64,000 nt of DNA, taken from contig CALNYG010000013.1 in NCBI GenBank assembly GCA_942490825.1, positions 55,311-119,310 of the forward strand, written 5' to 3'. The position numbers and the translations under genes were made by a program. How positions within the stretch are numbered: the stretch's first letter is position 1; each line of letters starts with the position of its first letter. A model generated the notes under the pieces. The model had not been told where the DNA came from. It was given only the letters and a program-made list of their open reading frames with translations, and did not search any database. Below are positions 45,360-53,922 of the stretch, in pieces. Source of the stretch: Candidatus Moraniibacteriota bacterium. GTDB taxonomy: Bacteria; Patescibacteriota; Minisyncoccia; Moranbacterales; GCA-2747515.

Positions 45360-45384
45360 AGTTTTTTAAGTATTATTTTAAATC

Positions 45385-45936
45385 ATGAAAGAATTAAAAA
45401 CTACAAAAGAGATATATAATGATAGCGTAAAAGATTTGCAAAAAAATCTTGGTTTTGATAGTGTGATGATGGTTCCAAAAATAACTAAAATTGTTATTAA
45501 TGCTGGAATTGGTAAAATAACTAAGGAATCAGAAAAAGTTGACGAGGTGTTTGAATCTCTAAGAGATATTACTGGTCAAAACCCAATCAAAACTAAGTCT
45601 AAAAAATCAATCGCTGGTTTTAAAATTCGTGAGAATCAGGATATAGGAGTAAAAGTTACTTTGAGAGGTCAGAGAATGTGGGATTTTATAGATAGGTTGA
45701 ATAACGGTGCGTTGCCACGTGTACGTGACTTTCAAGGGATAGAATTGCGTTCTATTGATAAATCTGGTAATCTAAATATTGGTATCAAAGAACATACAAT
45801 TTTTCCAGAAATTATTGCAGAGAAAGTTAGACATACGTTTGGTTTCCAGGTTACAGTTGTGTCTACTGCAAATAATGGGCAAGAAGCTGAAAAATTATAT
45901 CGTAAGTTAGGATTTCCATTAAAAAAGGAAAATTAG
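45385..45936 (+). CDS. rplE: 50S ribosomal protein L5
   Basis: VPKITKIVINAGIG...ITGQNPIKTKSKKSIAGFKIRE...FPEI. Confidence 0.93.
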   Translation: MKELKTTKEIYNDSVKDLQKNLGFDSVMMVPKITKIVINAGIGKITKESEKVDEVFESLRDITGQNPIKTKSKKSIAGFKIRENQDIGVKVTLRGQRMWDFIDRLNNGALPRVRDFQGIELRSIDKSGNLNIGIKEHTIFPEIIAEKVRHTFGFQVTVVSTANNGQEAEKLYRKLGFPLKKEN

Positions 45937-45958
45937 TATAATTTAATTTTTATATATT

Positions 45959-46144
45959 ATGGCAAAGAAGTCAGTAAAAGCAAGAGCAAATAAAAAACCT
46001 AAGTTTTCATCTCGAAAAGTTAATCGTTGTTGGAAGTGTGGTAGAAAGCATGGTTATTTACGTTATTTTGGTATATGTAGAATTTGTTTTCGTGAATTAG
46101 CAAGTAAAGGTGAGATACCAGGAATACGTAAAAGTAGTTGGTAA
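45959..46144 (+). CDS. rpsN: 30S ribosomal protein S14, type Z (zinc-binding, 61 aa)
   Basis: [38 protein letters not shown], with CxxC...CxxC. Confidence 0.93.
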   Translation: MAKKSVKARANKKPKFSSRKVNRCWKCGRKHGYLRYFGICRICFRELASKGEIPGIRKSSW

Positions 46145-46178
46145 ATTTAAATAAGTTATATTTAAGTGAAATTTAGTT

Positions 46179-46592
46179 ATGATAGACTCAATTAGTGACA
46201 TGTTAACAAGAATTCGTAATGCTCAAAAAGCTGGGCATGAGTTTGCTTTAATGTCTTTTTCAAATGTAAAGATAGCAATTGCTGAGGTTCTTAAAGCAGA
46301 AGAATTTGTTTTAGATGTGGTTAAAGAGCAAAGTGAAGAAAATGAGAAATTTGAAAATATTAAGATAGTCTTGAAATACAATAAATTATCTAGTACAAAA
46401 TTAAGTCCAGTAATTGAAGGTATTAAGCAAGTTAGTAAACAAGGGCAGAGATGCTATGTTAGAAAAAATGATATTAGTAAAGTGAAGAATGGATATGGTA
46501 TTTCAATCATATCAACATCGCAAGGAGTTATGAGTGGAAAAGATGCTAGAAAACGTGGTTTAGGCGGTGAATTAATTTGTGAAGTTTGGTAA
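46179..46592 (+). CDS. rpsH: 30S ribosomal protein S8
   Basis: ISDMLTRIRNAQKAGHE...GISIISTSQGVMSGKDARKRGLGGELICEVW. Confidence 0.95.
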   Translation: MIDSISDMLTRIRNAQKAGHEFALMSFSNVKIAIAEVLKAEEFVLDVVKEQSEENEKFENIKIVLKYNKLSSTKLSPVIEGIKQVSKQGQRCYVRKNDISKVKNGYGISIISTSQGVMSGKDARKRGLGGELICEVW

Positions 46593-46601
46593 TAAAAAAA
46601 T

Positions 46602-47141
46602 ATGAGTAGAATAGGTCAAAAACCAATTAAGATTCCAACAGACGTTATTGTAGATATTTCTGCAGGCGCTGTTACTGTCAAAGGTAAAAAGGGTGAGTTG
46701 AATATACCCCTTCATGATTCTGTTTCTATTAAAACAGAAGAAGGCTCACTTAACGTTTCTCAAAAAAGAAATTCAAAAATTGCACGATCTATGAACGGAA
46801 CAACTGTTCGATTGATTGAAAATATGATCATAGGTGTAGCAAAAGGATTTGAGAGGAAGCTAGAATTGAATGGTGTAGGTTTTAGAATGGCTTTAAAAGG
46901 TAAACAAATAGATTTAGCTTTAGGTTTTTCACATCCTGTACTAGTAGATATTCCTGAGGGGTTAAATGTAAATATTGAAGGTGTAGTAATGACAATTTCA
47001 GGCATTGATAAACAAAAAGTTGGTCAGTTCGCTGCTGAAATTAGAGACTTAAAGCCAGTTGAGCCATATAAAGGTAAAGGATTTAAATACGATGATGAAC
47101 ATGTTCGTCGTAAGGAGGGTAAAAAAGCAGCTTCAGCTTAA
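46602..47141 (+). CDS. rplF: 50S ribosomal protein L6
   Basis: MSRIGQKPIKIP..V...........VKGKKGEL...L.GVGFR....G..I.L.LGFSHPV...EPYKGKG. Confidence 0.93.
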   Translation: MSRIGQKPIKIPTDVIVDISAGAVTVKGKKGELNIPLHDSVSIKTEEGSLNVSQKRNSKIARSMNGTTVRLIENMIIGVAKGFERKLELNGVGFRMALKGKQIDLALGFSHPVLVDIPEGLNVNIEGVVMTISGIDKQKVGQFAAEIRDLKPVEPYKGKGFKYDDEHVRRKEGKKAASA

Positions 47142-47173
47142 TAAAGTTTAAATAGATTTTTTTAAAAATAGTC

Positions 47174-47524
47174 ATGAAACAAGAAACTCGTAACAATAAA
47201 AGATTGTCTAGAGCAAGACGTATTAGAGCTAAGGTTAAAGGTGTTGAAACTAGGCCTAGAGTTAGAGTTTTTAGATCTCTTAAATCTTTTTATGCTCAGG
47301 TTATAGACGATGTAAATGGGAAAACGATTGCACAAGCTAATCTTAAAGATATTAAAGGAGCTAAAAATGATTTAACTGGAGTTGAAAAATTAGGAGTGTT
47401 TTTAGCAAAAAAGTGTTTGGATAGCGATATTAAGGAAATTGTTTTTGATCGTGCTGGTTATAAATACCACGGTAAAGTTAAAGTTTTTGCTGAGGCTTTA
47501 CGTTCAGAAGGATTAAAATTTTAA
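47174..47524 (+). CDS. rplR: 50S ribosomal protein L18
   Basis: RARRIRAKVKG...RPRVRVFRSLKSFYAQVIDD...VFDRAGYKYHGKVKVFAEALRSEGLKF. Confidence 0.93.
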   Translation: MKQETRNNKRLSRARRIRAKVKGVETRPRVRVFRSLKSFYAQVIDDVNGKTIAQANLKDIKGAKNDLTGVEKLGVFLAKKCLDSDIKEIVFDRAGYKYHGKVKVFAEALRSEGLKF

Positions 47525-47539
47525 TTTTTAGTTATATTT

Positions 47540-48082
47540 ATGTCAAATAATTTTAAGAAGAAAAAAGGCGGTAGAAGAAGACCAAAGCCAGAGTTTGAGC
47601 AAAAACTTTTAGATTTAGCTCGAGTTACTCGTGTGGTTAAGGGTGGTCGTCGTTTTCGATTCAGGGCTACTGTTGTAATTGGTAATCGTAAAGGAAAAGT
47701 TGGAGTTGGTGTGTCTAAAGGAACAGATGTTTCTCAGGCTATCCAAAAAGCATTTGCTGATGCTAAGAAGAATGCTATTACTATTCAGTTACATGGAAGT
47801 ACAATTTTACATGATGTAAATCATAAATTAGGTAGTGCTAAAATTCTTTTGAGACCAGCTACTGAAGGTAAGGGTATTATTGCTGGTGGTTCAGTGAGAT
47901 CTGTTGTTGAATTGGCAGGTATTCGTGATATTGTATCTAAATCAATGGGTACAAAAAATAAATTGAATGTTGCTCGAGCTACTGTTGAAGCTCTTAATTC
48001 AATCAAAAAGATTGAGATAGATGAAAAGTTGGATAAAGCTGTTGATGAAAAAGCTGTTTCAGATAAGAAATCTAATAAATAA
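47540..48082 (+). CDS. rpsE: 30S ribosomal protein S5
   Basis: LLDLARVTRVVKGGRRFRFRATVVIGNRKGKVGVGVSKG. Confidence 0.93.
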   Translation: MSNNFKKKKGGRRRPKPEFEQKLLDLARVTRVVKGGRRFRFRATVVIGNRKGKVGVGVSKGTDVSQAIQKAFADAKKNAITIQLHGSTILHDVNHKLGSAKILLRPATEGKGIIAGGSVRSVVELAGIRDIVSKSMGTKNKLNVARATVEALNSIKKIEIDEKLDKAVDEKAVSDKKSNK

Positions 48083-48114
48083 TTTTTAGAATTTAGATAT
48101 TTAAGAAAAAATTT

Positions 48115-48579
48115 ATGCAAATTCATGAATTAGAAACTAAAGAAAGAAAAACTTCTAAGCGAGTAGGGCGAGGAGGTAAGAGAGGTACTTACAGTGGTCG
48201 TGGGATGAAAGGTCAAAAATCTAGAAGTGGTGGAAATGTAGACCCTCTTTTTGAGGGAGGAAGGTCTTCTTTGATTCAGCGTATGAAAAAATTGCGAGGT
48301 TTTAAATCTATTCATGCTAAAAAAAATGTCATTTCTTTGACTGATTTGGAGAAGTCTTTTGTTGATGGGGAAACTGTTTCTGTTTCATCTTTGATGGAGA
48401 AGAAATTATTACGAAAGAGGTTTTCGAGGGATGGTGTTAAGATTGTTTCTAATGGTGAATTATCAAAAAAATTGACTATTTTTGATAATATTTCATTAAC
48501 AAAAGTTACAAAAGAAGCTATTGAGAAAGTTGGAGGAGAAATTATTGAAGCTAAAAAAGAAATTAAAGATAAAAAATAG
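48115..48579 (+). CDS. rplO: 50S ribosomal protein L15
   Basis: KRVGRGGKRGTYSGRGMKGQKSRSGG...FEGG. Starts 32 nt after rpsE, leaving no room for L30. Confidence 0.92.
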   Translation: MQIHELETKERKTSKRVGRGGKRGTYSGRGMKGQKSRSGGNVDPLFEGGRSSLIQRMKKLRGFKSIHAKKNVISLTDLEKSFVDGETVSVSSLMEKKLLRKRFSRDGVKIVSNGELSKKLTIFDNISLTKVTKEAIEKVGGEIIEAKKEIKDKK

Positions 48580-48603
48580 TTTCTATAAAATTTGAGTTTT
48601 CTT

Positions 48604-48637
48604 AAATCCCTACTTTAAGTGGGGATTTTTATTTTTT
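48604..48637 (+). terminator. intrinsic terminator after rplO
   Basis: AAATCCC-11 nt-GGGATTT followed by a T-rich run. Confidence 0.65.
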
Positions 48638-49066
48638 AAATAATACTCTTTACAGTCCTCTTTGATTCTTACCACTATATAATCATAAATCTTCTTTGTT
48701 TTAAAAGAAATAATAATCTAGTGTTAATTTAAAAAATGGATAAAATTCCTTTTTAAAAATATTTAATGGATTCTTATGGCTTAAATGTCATATTTTCTTA
48801 GGTGATTGAAATGACCGTTGCGAGTAGATTTAGTTTTGTTTTTCTTGTTTGATATATTTTCTATTAGAATTTATTTATTTTAGTAGATGAATATATTTTT
48901 ACGAAGAGTTTTTCTGTATTGCGTTTAAATAGTTTTAGTAATATACTAGAAAAAGTTTCAGAAGATGGTTTTTGACATGATTTTTAATGTTTTAAAATAT
49001 GATAAATTAGTGTTTTTTGAAAGATATTGATAATAAGACTTTAAATTTACTTTATAACATGATAAT

Positions 49067-50167
49067 ATGAAAAAAATAATTATACTCGGAGCCACAGGGT
49101 CAGTTGGTCAATCAACTTTTAATGTGGTTCGGCGAAATCCTGATAAGTTTCAAATTGTTGGTGCATCTGCACATAACAACTTTACAGATTTAAAAAAATT
49201 AGCTGATGAATTTAAAATTCCTTTTTTATTTAATACTAAGGAAAAAAGTATTGAAAATTTTTCAGATTTTGTTGAACAGTGTGAACCAGATATTATTTTA
49301 AATGCAATTACAGGATTTGCAGGATTAGAATATTCAATTGAAATTTTGAAAAATAAAATTCCTTTAGCTTTGGCAAATAAGGAGAGCTTGGTTGCTGGTG
49401 GTGAAATTTTAATGCAGCTTTCTAAAGAAATGAAAACGCCAATTTTGCCAGTTGATTCTGAACACTCAGCTATTTTTCAATGTTTATTAAATTCCGCAAA
49501 AGGTGGTGAAGATTATGATTTTAATAAAATTTTATTAACTTGTTCAGGAGGTCCTTTTTACGGAAAAACTTTAGACGATTTACAAAATGTAACATTAGAA
49601 AATGCGTTAGCTCATCCAAATTGGTCAATGGGTGCTAAAATATCGATTGATTCAGCTACTTTGGCAAATAAATGTTTAGAATTTTTTGAAGTGATGCATC
49701 TTTTCGGTGCGACTAAAGATCAAATTGAAATTGTTATTCATCGAGAATCCATTGTTCATTCGATGGTAGAATTTCCAGATTCTTCGGTGATTGCACAACT
49801 TTCTCCGCCAACGATGGAATTACCGATAGCATTTGCGTTAAATTATCCAGATAGATTAGATTGTAGCGTTCCAAGACAGGATTTTAAAAATCTTGATTTA
49901 AGTTTCCGTGAACCAGATAAAAAGGTTTTTCGTATATTGAAAACTTTGGAAGTTTGTACAGAAAATATGCAAAATTATCCAATAGTTTTTAATGCTGTAA
50001 ACGAAGTTTTAGTAGCTGAATTTTTGAATGGTAAAATTAAGTTTGTCGATATTTTTGAAAAATTGGATCAAGTTATTGATAATACTAAATTAGAAACAGT
50101 GGATTCATTGGAGAAAATTTTTGAGATTGATATCAAAGCTAGAAAATTAACACGTGAGATTTTGTAA
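49067..50167 (+). CDS. dxr: 1-deoxy-D-xylulose 5-phosphate reductoisomerase
   Basis: IIILGATGSVGQST, LANKESLV, PVDSEHSAIFQC, HPNWSMG. Confidence 0.92.
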   Translation: MKKIIILGATGSVGQSTFNVVRRNPDKFQIVGASAHNNFTDLKKLADEFKIPFLFNTKEKSIENFSDFVEQCEPDIILNAITGFAGLEYSIEILKNKIPLALANKESLVAGGEILMQLSKEMKTPILPVDSEHSAIFQCLLNSAKGGEDYDFNKILLTCSGGPFYGKTLDDLQNVTLENALAHPNWSMGAKISIDSATLANKCLEFFEVMHLFGATKDQIEIVIHRESIVHSMVEFPDSSVIAQLSPPTMELPIAFALNYPDRLDCSVPRQDFKNLDLSFREPDKKVFRILKTLEVCTENMQNYPIVFNAVNEVLVAEFLNGKIKFVDIFEKLDQVIDNTKLETVDSLEKIFEIDIKARKLTREIL

Positions 50168-50182
50168 AAATAATTATTTTTT

Positions 50183-50878
50183 ATGAATAAAATAAACGAA
50201 AAAGTAACGGCAATAATTCTAGCGGCAGGAATGGGAAGTCGAATGGGTTTAGGTTATAATAAAATATTTTTTGATTTTGAAAAACCATTAATTTGTTACA
50301 CCATTGATTCTTTTGAAAATAATAATAATGTTGATGAAATTATTATTGTTTGTGCAAAAGGTGAGGAAAAAAAGTTTAATGAAATTTTAAATGAGCAAAA
50401 TTATAAAAAAATTTCAAAAATAGTTAAAGGTGGAGAGACTCGTCAAGATTCATCTAAAATTGGCGTGGAAAATAGTGGTGGGGATATTATAATTATTCAA
50501 GATGGAGCACGACCATTTACAACTCAAGCAGTTATTTCTGACTCGATTAAAAGTGCTAAAGAGTTTGGTTCAGCGATCGTGGCGGTTCCATGTAAAGATA
50601 CGGTAAAATTATCTAAAGAGAATGATATTATTAAAGAAACTGTTGATCGGTCAAAGCTCTGGATGGCTCAAACTCCGCAGACTTTTCGGCGTGAAATAAT
50701 ATTGAAAGCTCATCGAGACGCTAAAGAAAATGATTTTATTGGAACGGACGAGGCTTCTTTGATTGAGAGAATGGGTGGTGAAGTGAAATTGGTCATGGGG
50801 AATTATGATAATATTAAAATAACAACAGAAGAAGATTTGCTTTTGGCACGATTAATAATTGATAAATATAAATTATGA
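50183..50878 (+). CDS. ispD: 2-C-methyl-D-erythritol 4-phosphate cytidylyltransferase
   Basis: AIILAAGMGSRMG...VKGGETRQDS...IQDGARPF...QTPQTF. Confidence 0.9.
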   Translation: MNKINEKVTAIILAAGMGSRMGLGYNKIFFDFEKPLICYTIDSFENNNNVDEIIIVCAKGEEKKFNEILNEQNYKKISKIVKGGETRQDSSKIGVENSGGDIIIIQDGARPFTTQAVISDSIKSAKEFGSAIVAVPCKDTVKLSKENDIIKETVDRSKLWMAQTPQTFRREIILKAHRDAKENDFIGTDEASLIERMGGEVKLVMGNYDNIKITTEEDLLLARLIIDKYKL

Positions 50879-51354
50879 TTCGAGTAGGAATTGGACAAGA
50901 TTCTCATCCTTTAAGTTTTATTGAGAAAGAGTTAATTTTAGGCGGAATTAAAATTGATTCTGATTTAGGAATAAATGGAAATTCTGATGGAGATGCGGTT
51001 TTACATGCATTGTGCAATGCTTTAGGCAGTTCAATTGGCGAAGGTTCTCTTAGTGTTTATTCAGATAAGATGTGTTTAGAACAAGGAATTATAGATAGTC
51101 GTGAATATGTTAAATATATTTTTAATAAAGTTAAAGAGAAAAACTTTAAGGTGCAAAATATCTCTATTGCCATGGAAGCTAAACGACCAAAGTTAGAAAA
51201 ACACTTTCCTAAGATGAAAGAAACTATTGCGGGACTTCTTGAGATTGATTCTGATGATGTTGGTATTACAGTAACTAGTGGAGAAGAATTAACATCATTT
51301 GGTAGAGGTGAAGGCATTCAGGTTTTTGCGAATGTTTGTATTGTGAAGAATTGA
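50875..51354 (+). CDS. ispF: 2-C-methyl-D-erythritol 2,4-cyclodiphosphate synthase
   Basis: IRVGIGQDSHPL...SDGDAVLHALCNAL. Its ATG shares an ATGA overlap with the ispD stop. Confidence 0.9.
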   Translation: MIRVGIGQDSHPLSFIEKELILGGIKIDSDLGINGNSDGDAVLHALCNALGSSIGEGSLSVYSDKMCLEQGIIDSREYVKYIFNKVKEKNFKVQNISIAMEAKRPKLEKHFPKMKETIAGLLEIDSDDVGITVTSGEELTSFGRGEGIQVFANVCIVKN

Positions 51355-51396
51355 TTCTTTATTTTACGATATTTTATTTACAGTCTTTTTCGGTTT

Positions 51397-51438
51397 AAAA
51401 GACTGTGCGGCGAGCCTGCCTGTTCGGCAGACAGGTAC
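51397..51438 (+). repeat. GC-rich intergenic repeat, copy 4 (long variant with nested hairpin)
   Basis: AAAAGACTGTGCGGCGAGCCTGCCTGTTCGGCAGACAGGTAC. Its first 9 nt pair with CAGTCTTTT at 51381-51389. Confidence 0.8.
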
Positions 51439-51455
51439 AATTTTAAATTTAAATT

Positions 51456-52322
51456 ATGAAAAAACTTACTAAAAAATCTTATTCACGAATTACATTGGCA
51501 TTGGATGTAATTAAAAAACGTACAAAGGGTGAATTCGCAGGTTTTCACAAATTGGGAATTATTAAACATCAAATAAATTTATTTGATGAAATTGCAGTTT
51601 GTGATTCTGATGAATTAAAAATTGTTTGTGATGATCTAACTGTGCCAACGGATGAAAATAATATTTGTTGGAAAGTGGTTGAATTGTTAAAGAAGGAATT
51701 TGATATTGATAAAAATGTTGTAATTGAAATAAAAAAGAATATTCCGGCACAGGGTGGTTTGGCAGGAGGTTCAAGTAATGCAGCGACGACTTTCAATTTA
51801 TTAAATAAACTTTGGAATTTAAATTTGTCTTTTGATGAATTAGCTAGATTAGGTCAAAAGGTGGGGATGGATGTGCCGTTTTTCTTTATGGGCGGTACAG
51901 CTTTTGATAGTGAAAGTGGGGGTGTTTTAAGAAATATTGAAACAAAAATTAAATTGAATTTTATTTTATTACTTCCAGATTTTGGTGTGTCAACTCCAGA
52001 AGCTTATAAAAATCTTGATTATAATAAAATCGCTCAGAATGTTGATCAAACTAAATTGATGGAAAATTTACTATTGAATAATGAAGAAGATTTTGATTTT
52101 AATGAATTTGTTAAATTGATGCACAATGATTTTGAAATGAGTGTTTTTGAATACCATTCAGAATTACAAAAGTTAAAAAATGAATTATATGAATTAGGTC
52201 TTGAGGGCGTGGTTATGTCAGGCTCAGGATCGACTTTGATTGGGTTGGCTAAAAATAGAGAAGAAGCTTTGAAAATTTGTAAACAGATTTCTTGTCGAGC
52301 AATTGCGGTGGAGAGTTTATGA
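51456..52322 (+). CDS. ispE: 4-diphosphocytidyl-2-C-methyl-D-erythritol kinase
   Basis: GHMP kinase motif IPAQGGLAGGSSNAATT. 288 aa. Confidence 0.88.
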   Translation: MKKLTKKSYSRITLALDVIKKRTKGEFAGFHKLGIIKHQINLFDEIAVCDSDELKIVCDDLTVPTDENNICWKVVELLKKEFDIDKNVVIEIKKNIPAQGGLAGGSSNAATTFNLLNKLWNLNLSFDELARLGQKVGMDVPFFFMGGTAFDSESGGVLRNIETKIKLNFILLLPDFGVSTPEAYKNLDYNKIAQNVDQTKLMENLLLNNEEDFDFNEFVKLMHNDFEMSVFEYHSELQKLKNELYELGLEGVVMSGSGSTLIGLAKNREEALKICKQISCRAIAVESL

Positions 52323-52369
52323 TGATGGTTTTTTTATTAACTTTTGTGGAAATTAATATTTTAAGTTTC

Positions 52370-52410
52370 AAAAGCCTGTGCGGCGAGCCTGCCTGTCGGC
52401 AGACAGGCAC
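52370..52410 (+). repeat. GC-rich intergenic repeat, copy 5 (long variant with nested hairpin)
   Basis: AAAAGCCTGTGCGGCGAGCCTGCCTGTCGGCAGACAGGCAC. Inner 8-bp hairpin TGCCTGTC-GGCA-GACAGGCA at 52390-52409. Confidence 0.8.
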
Positions 52411-52421
52411 TTGAATTATTT

Positions 52422-52449
52422 TTGAAATGATTTTAAATCATGTTATACT
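52422..52449 (+). promoter_or_regulatory. sigma70-type promoter candidate for ispG
   Basis: TTGAAA, 16-nt spacer, TATACT. Confidence 0.45.
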
Positions 52450-52497
52450 AGGTCAGTTGTGTGAAAGCAATATTATTTTACATTTAAGTCAAATATT

Positions 52498-53682
52498 ATG
52501 AAAAACAATTTTAAAGCATTAAAACCTCGACGAAAAACTCGAGTAGTAAAAGTAGGAAATATTGGAATTGGTGGGGATAATCCAATTCGAGTTCAAACAA
52601 TGACTAATACAGATACTTTAGACATTAAAGCTACAGTTGAACAAATTTTAAAATGTGTCAAAGCAGGTTCAGAAATGATTCGTTTAACAACGCAAACACC
52701 AGCACATACAAAAGCATTAGGTAAAATTAGAAAAATTTTGCAAGAAGAACATAATTGTAATATTCCTTTGATTGCGGATACACATTTCAATTTGGATTCA
52801 GCTTATGAAGCAATTAATTGGGCAGATAAAATTCGGATTAATCCGGGTCTTTTTGCTAATAAATTTGCAAGTAAAAAAAGTTTTACGGATGAGGAATATC
52901 AAGAAGCTCTTAATGATGTCGAAGAAACTTTAATTCCATTTATCGAAAAATTGAAAGAAAAAAATATTCCAGTTCGGATCGGCACAAATCATGGGTCATT
53001 ATCTCCTAGAATTTTAGAACGTTATGGAAATACTGCAGAAGGTTTAGTAACTAGCGTTATAGAATATTTGAATATATTCAGAAAAAATGGTTATGAAAAT
53101 TTAGTTGTCGCAATTAAATCTTCAGATCCTTTAGTGATGCTTGAATCTAATCGTTTGTTAGCTTACACACTAGATAAAAATAATATGGATTATCCAATTC
53201 ATTTAGGCGTAACTGAAGCAGGCATGGAAGACGATGGTAGAGCTAAATCAACGATTGGAATTGGAGTGCCTTTGATGGAAGGGATTGGTGATACTTTACG
53301 TGTATCCTTAACTGAAGAGCCAGAAAAAGAAATTCCTGTTTGTTATACAATTTTACAGGCAGTTCAAAGAAGAATTACAAAAACAGAATTTATTTCCTGT
53401 CCTTCTTGCGGACGAACTTTGTTTGATATTGAGCTAGTGACTAAAAAAATAAAGGAAAAAATGAGTCACTTGAAAGGTTTGAAAATTGCGGTGATGGGGT
53501 GTATCGTGAATGGTCCTGGTGAAATGGCTGGATCTGACTATGGTTATGTCGGTGGTGCTCCAGGTAAAGTTAGCCTTTATCATCAAAGTGAATTGGTTAA
53601 GAGAAATGTTCCTGAAGAAGAAGCAATTGATGATTTAATTGAGCTTATTAAAGAAAATGGGGATTGGGTTGATGAGGGATAG
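52498..53682 (+). CDS. ispG: 4-hydroxy-3-methylbut-2-en-1-yl diphosphate synthase
   Basis: VKVGNIGIGGDNPIRVQTMTNT, IRINPG, and C-terminal CPSCGR...C..NGPGE (Fe-S ligands). Confidence 0.92.
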   Translation: MKNNFKALKPRRKTRVVKVGNIGIGGDNPIRVQTMTNTDTLDIKATVEQILKCVKAGSEMIRLTTQTPAHTKALGKIRKILQEEHNCNIPLIADTHFNLDSAYEAINWADKIRINPGLFANKFASKKSFTDEEYQEALNDVEETLIPFIEKLKEKNIPVRIGTNHGSLSPRILERYGNTAEGLVTSVIEYLNIFRKNGYENLVVAIKSSDPLVMLESNRLLAYTLDKNNMDYPIHLGVTEAGMEDDGRAKSTIGIGVPLMEGIGDTLRVSLTEEPEKEIPVCYTILQAVQRRITKTEFISCPSCGRTLFDIELVTKKIKEKMSHLKGLKIAVMGCIVNGPGEMAGSDYGYVGGAPGKVSLYHQSELVKRNVPEEEAIDDLIELIKENGDWVDEG

Positions 53683-53782
53683 TTTTTGATTTAGTACAAT
53701 TATTTTATTTAAAAAATGATCTTGAGGAACAAACACATATTTGATAGAGAAATAAGTTATATAAATTTAGACATTAGAAGTC

Positions 53783-53899
53783 ATGAAAAAAAATGAAAAA
53801 GGAGCTGTTGCTACTGGACATCCAAAAGTTAGTGAGGCAGGCAAAATTATATTAGAATCAGGTGGAAATGCTTTTGATGAAATTATTAGAAGATTTTGA
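53783..53899 (+). pseudogene. 38-codon remnant of a gamma-glutamyltranspeptidase N-terminus
   Basis: MKKNEKGAVATGHPKVSEAGKIILESGGNAFDEIIRRF-stop matches the G.VAT.HP.AS.AG..IL..GGNA.DA N-terminal signature of GGT. The rest of the gene is absent. Confidence 0.6.
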
Positions 53900-53922
53900 T
53901 AAAAAAGTATTTAAATTTAATT

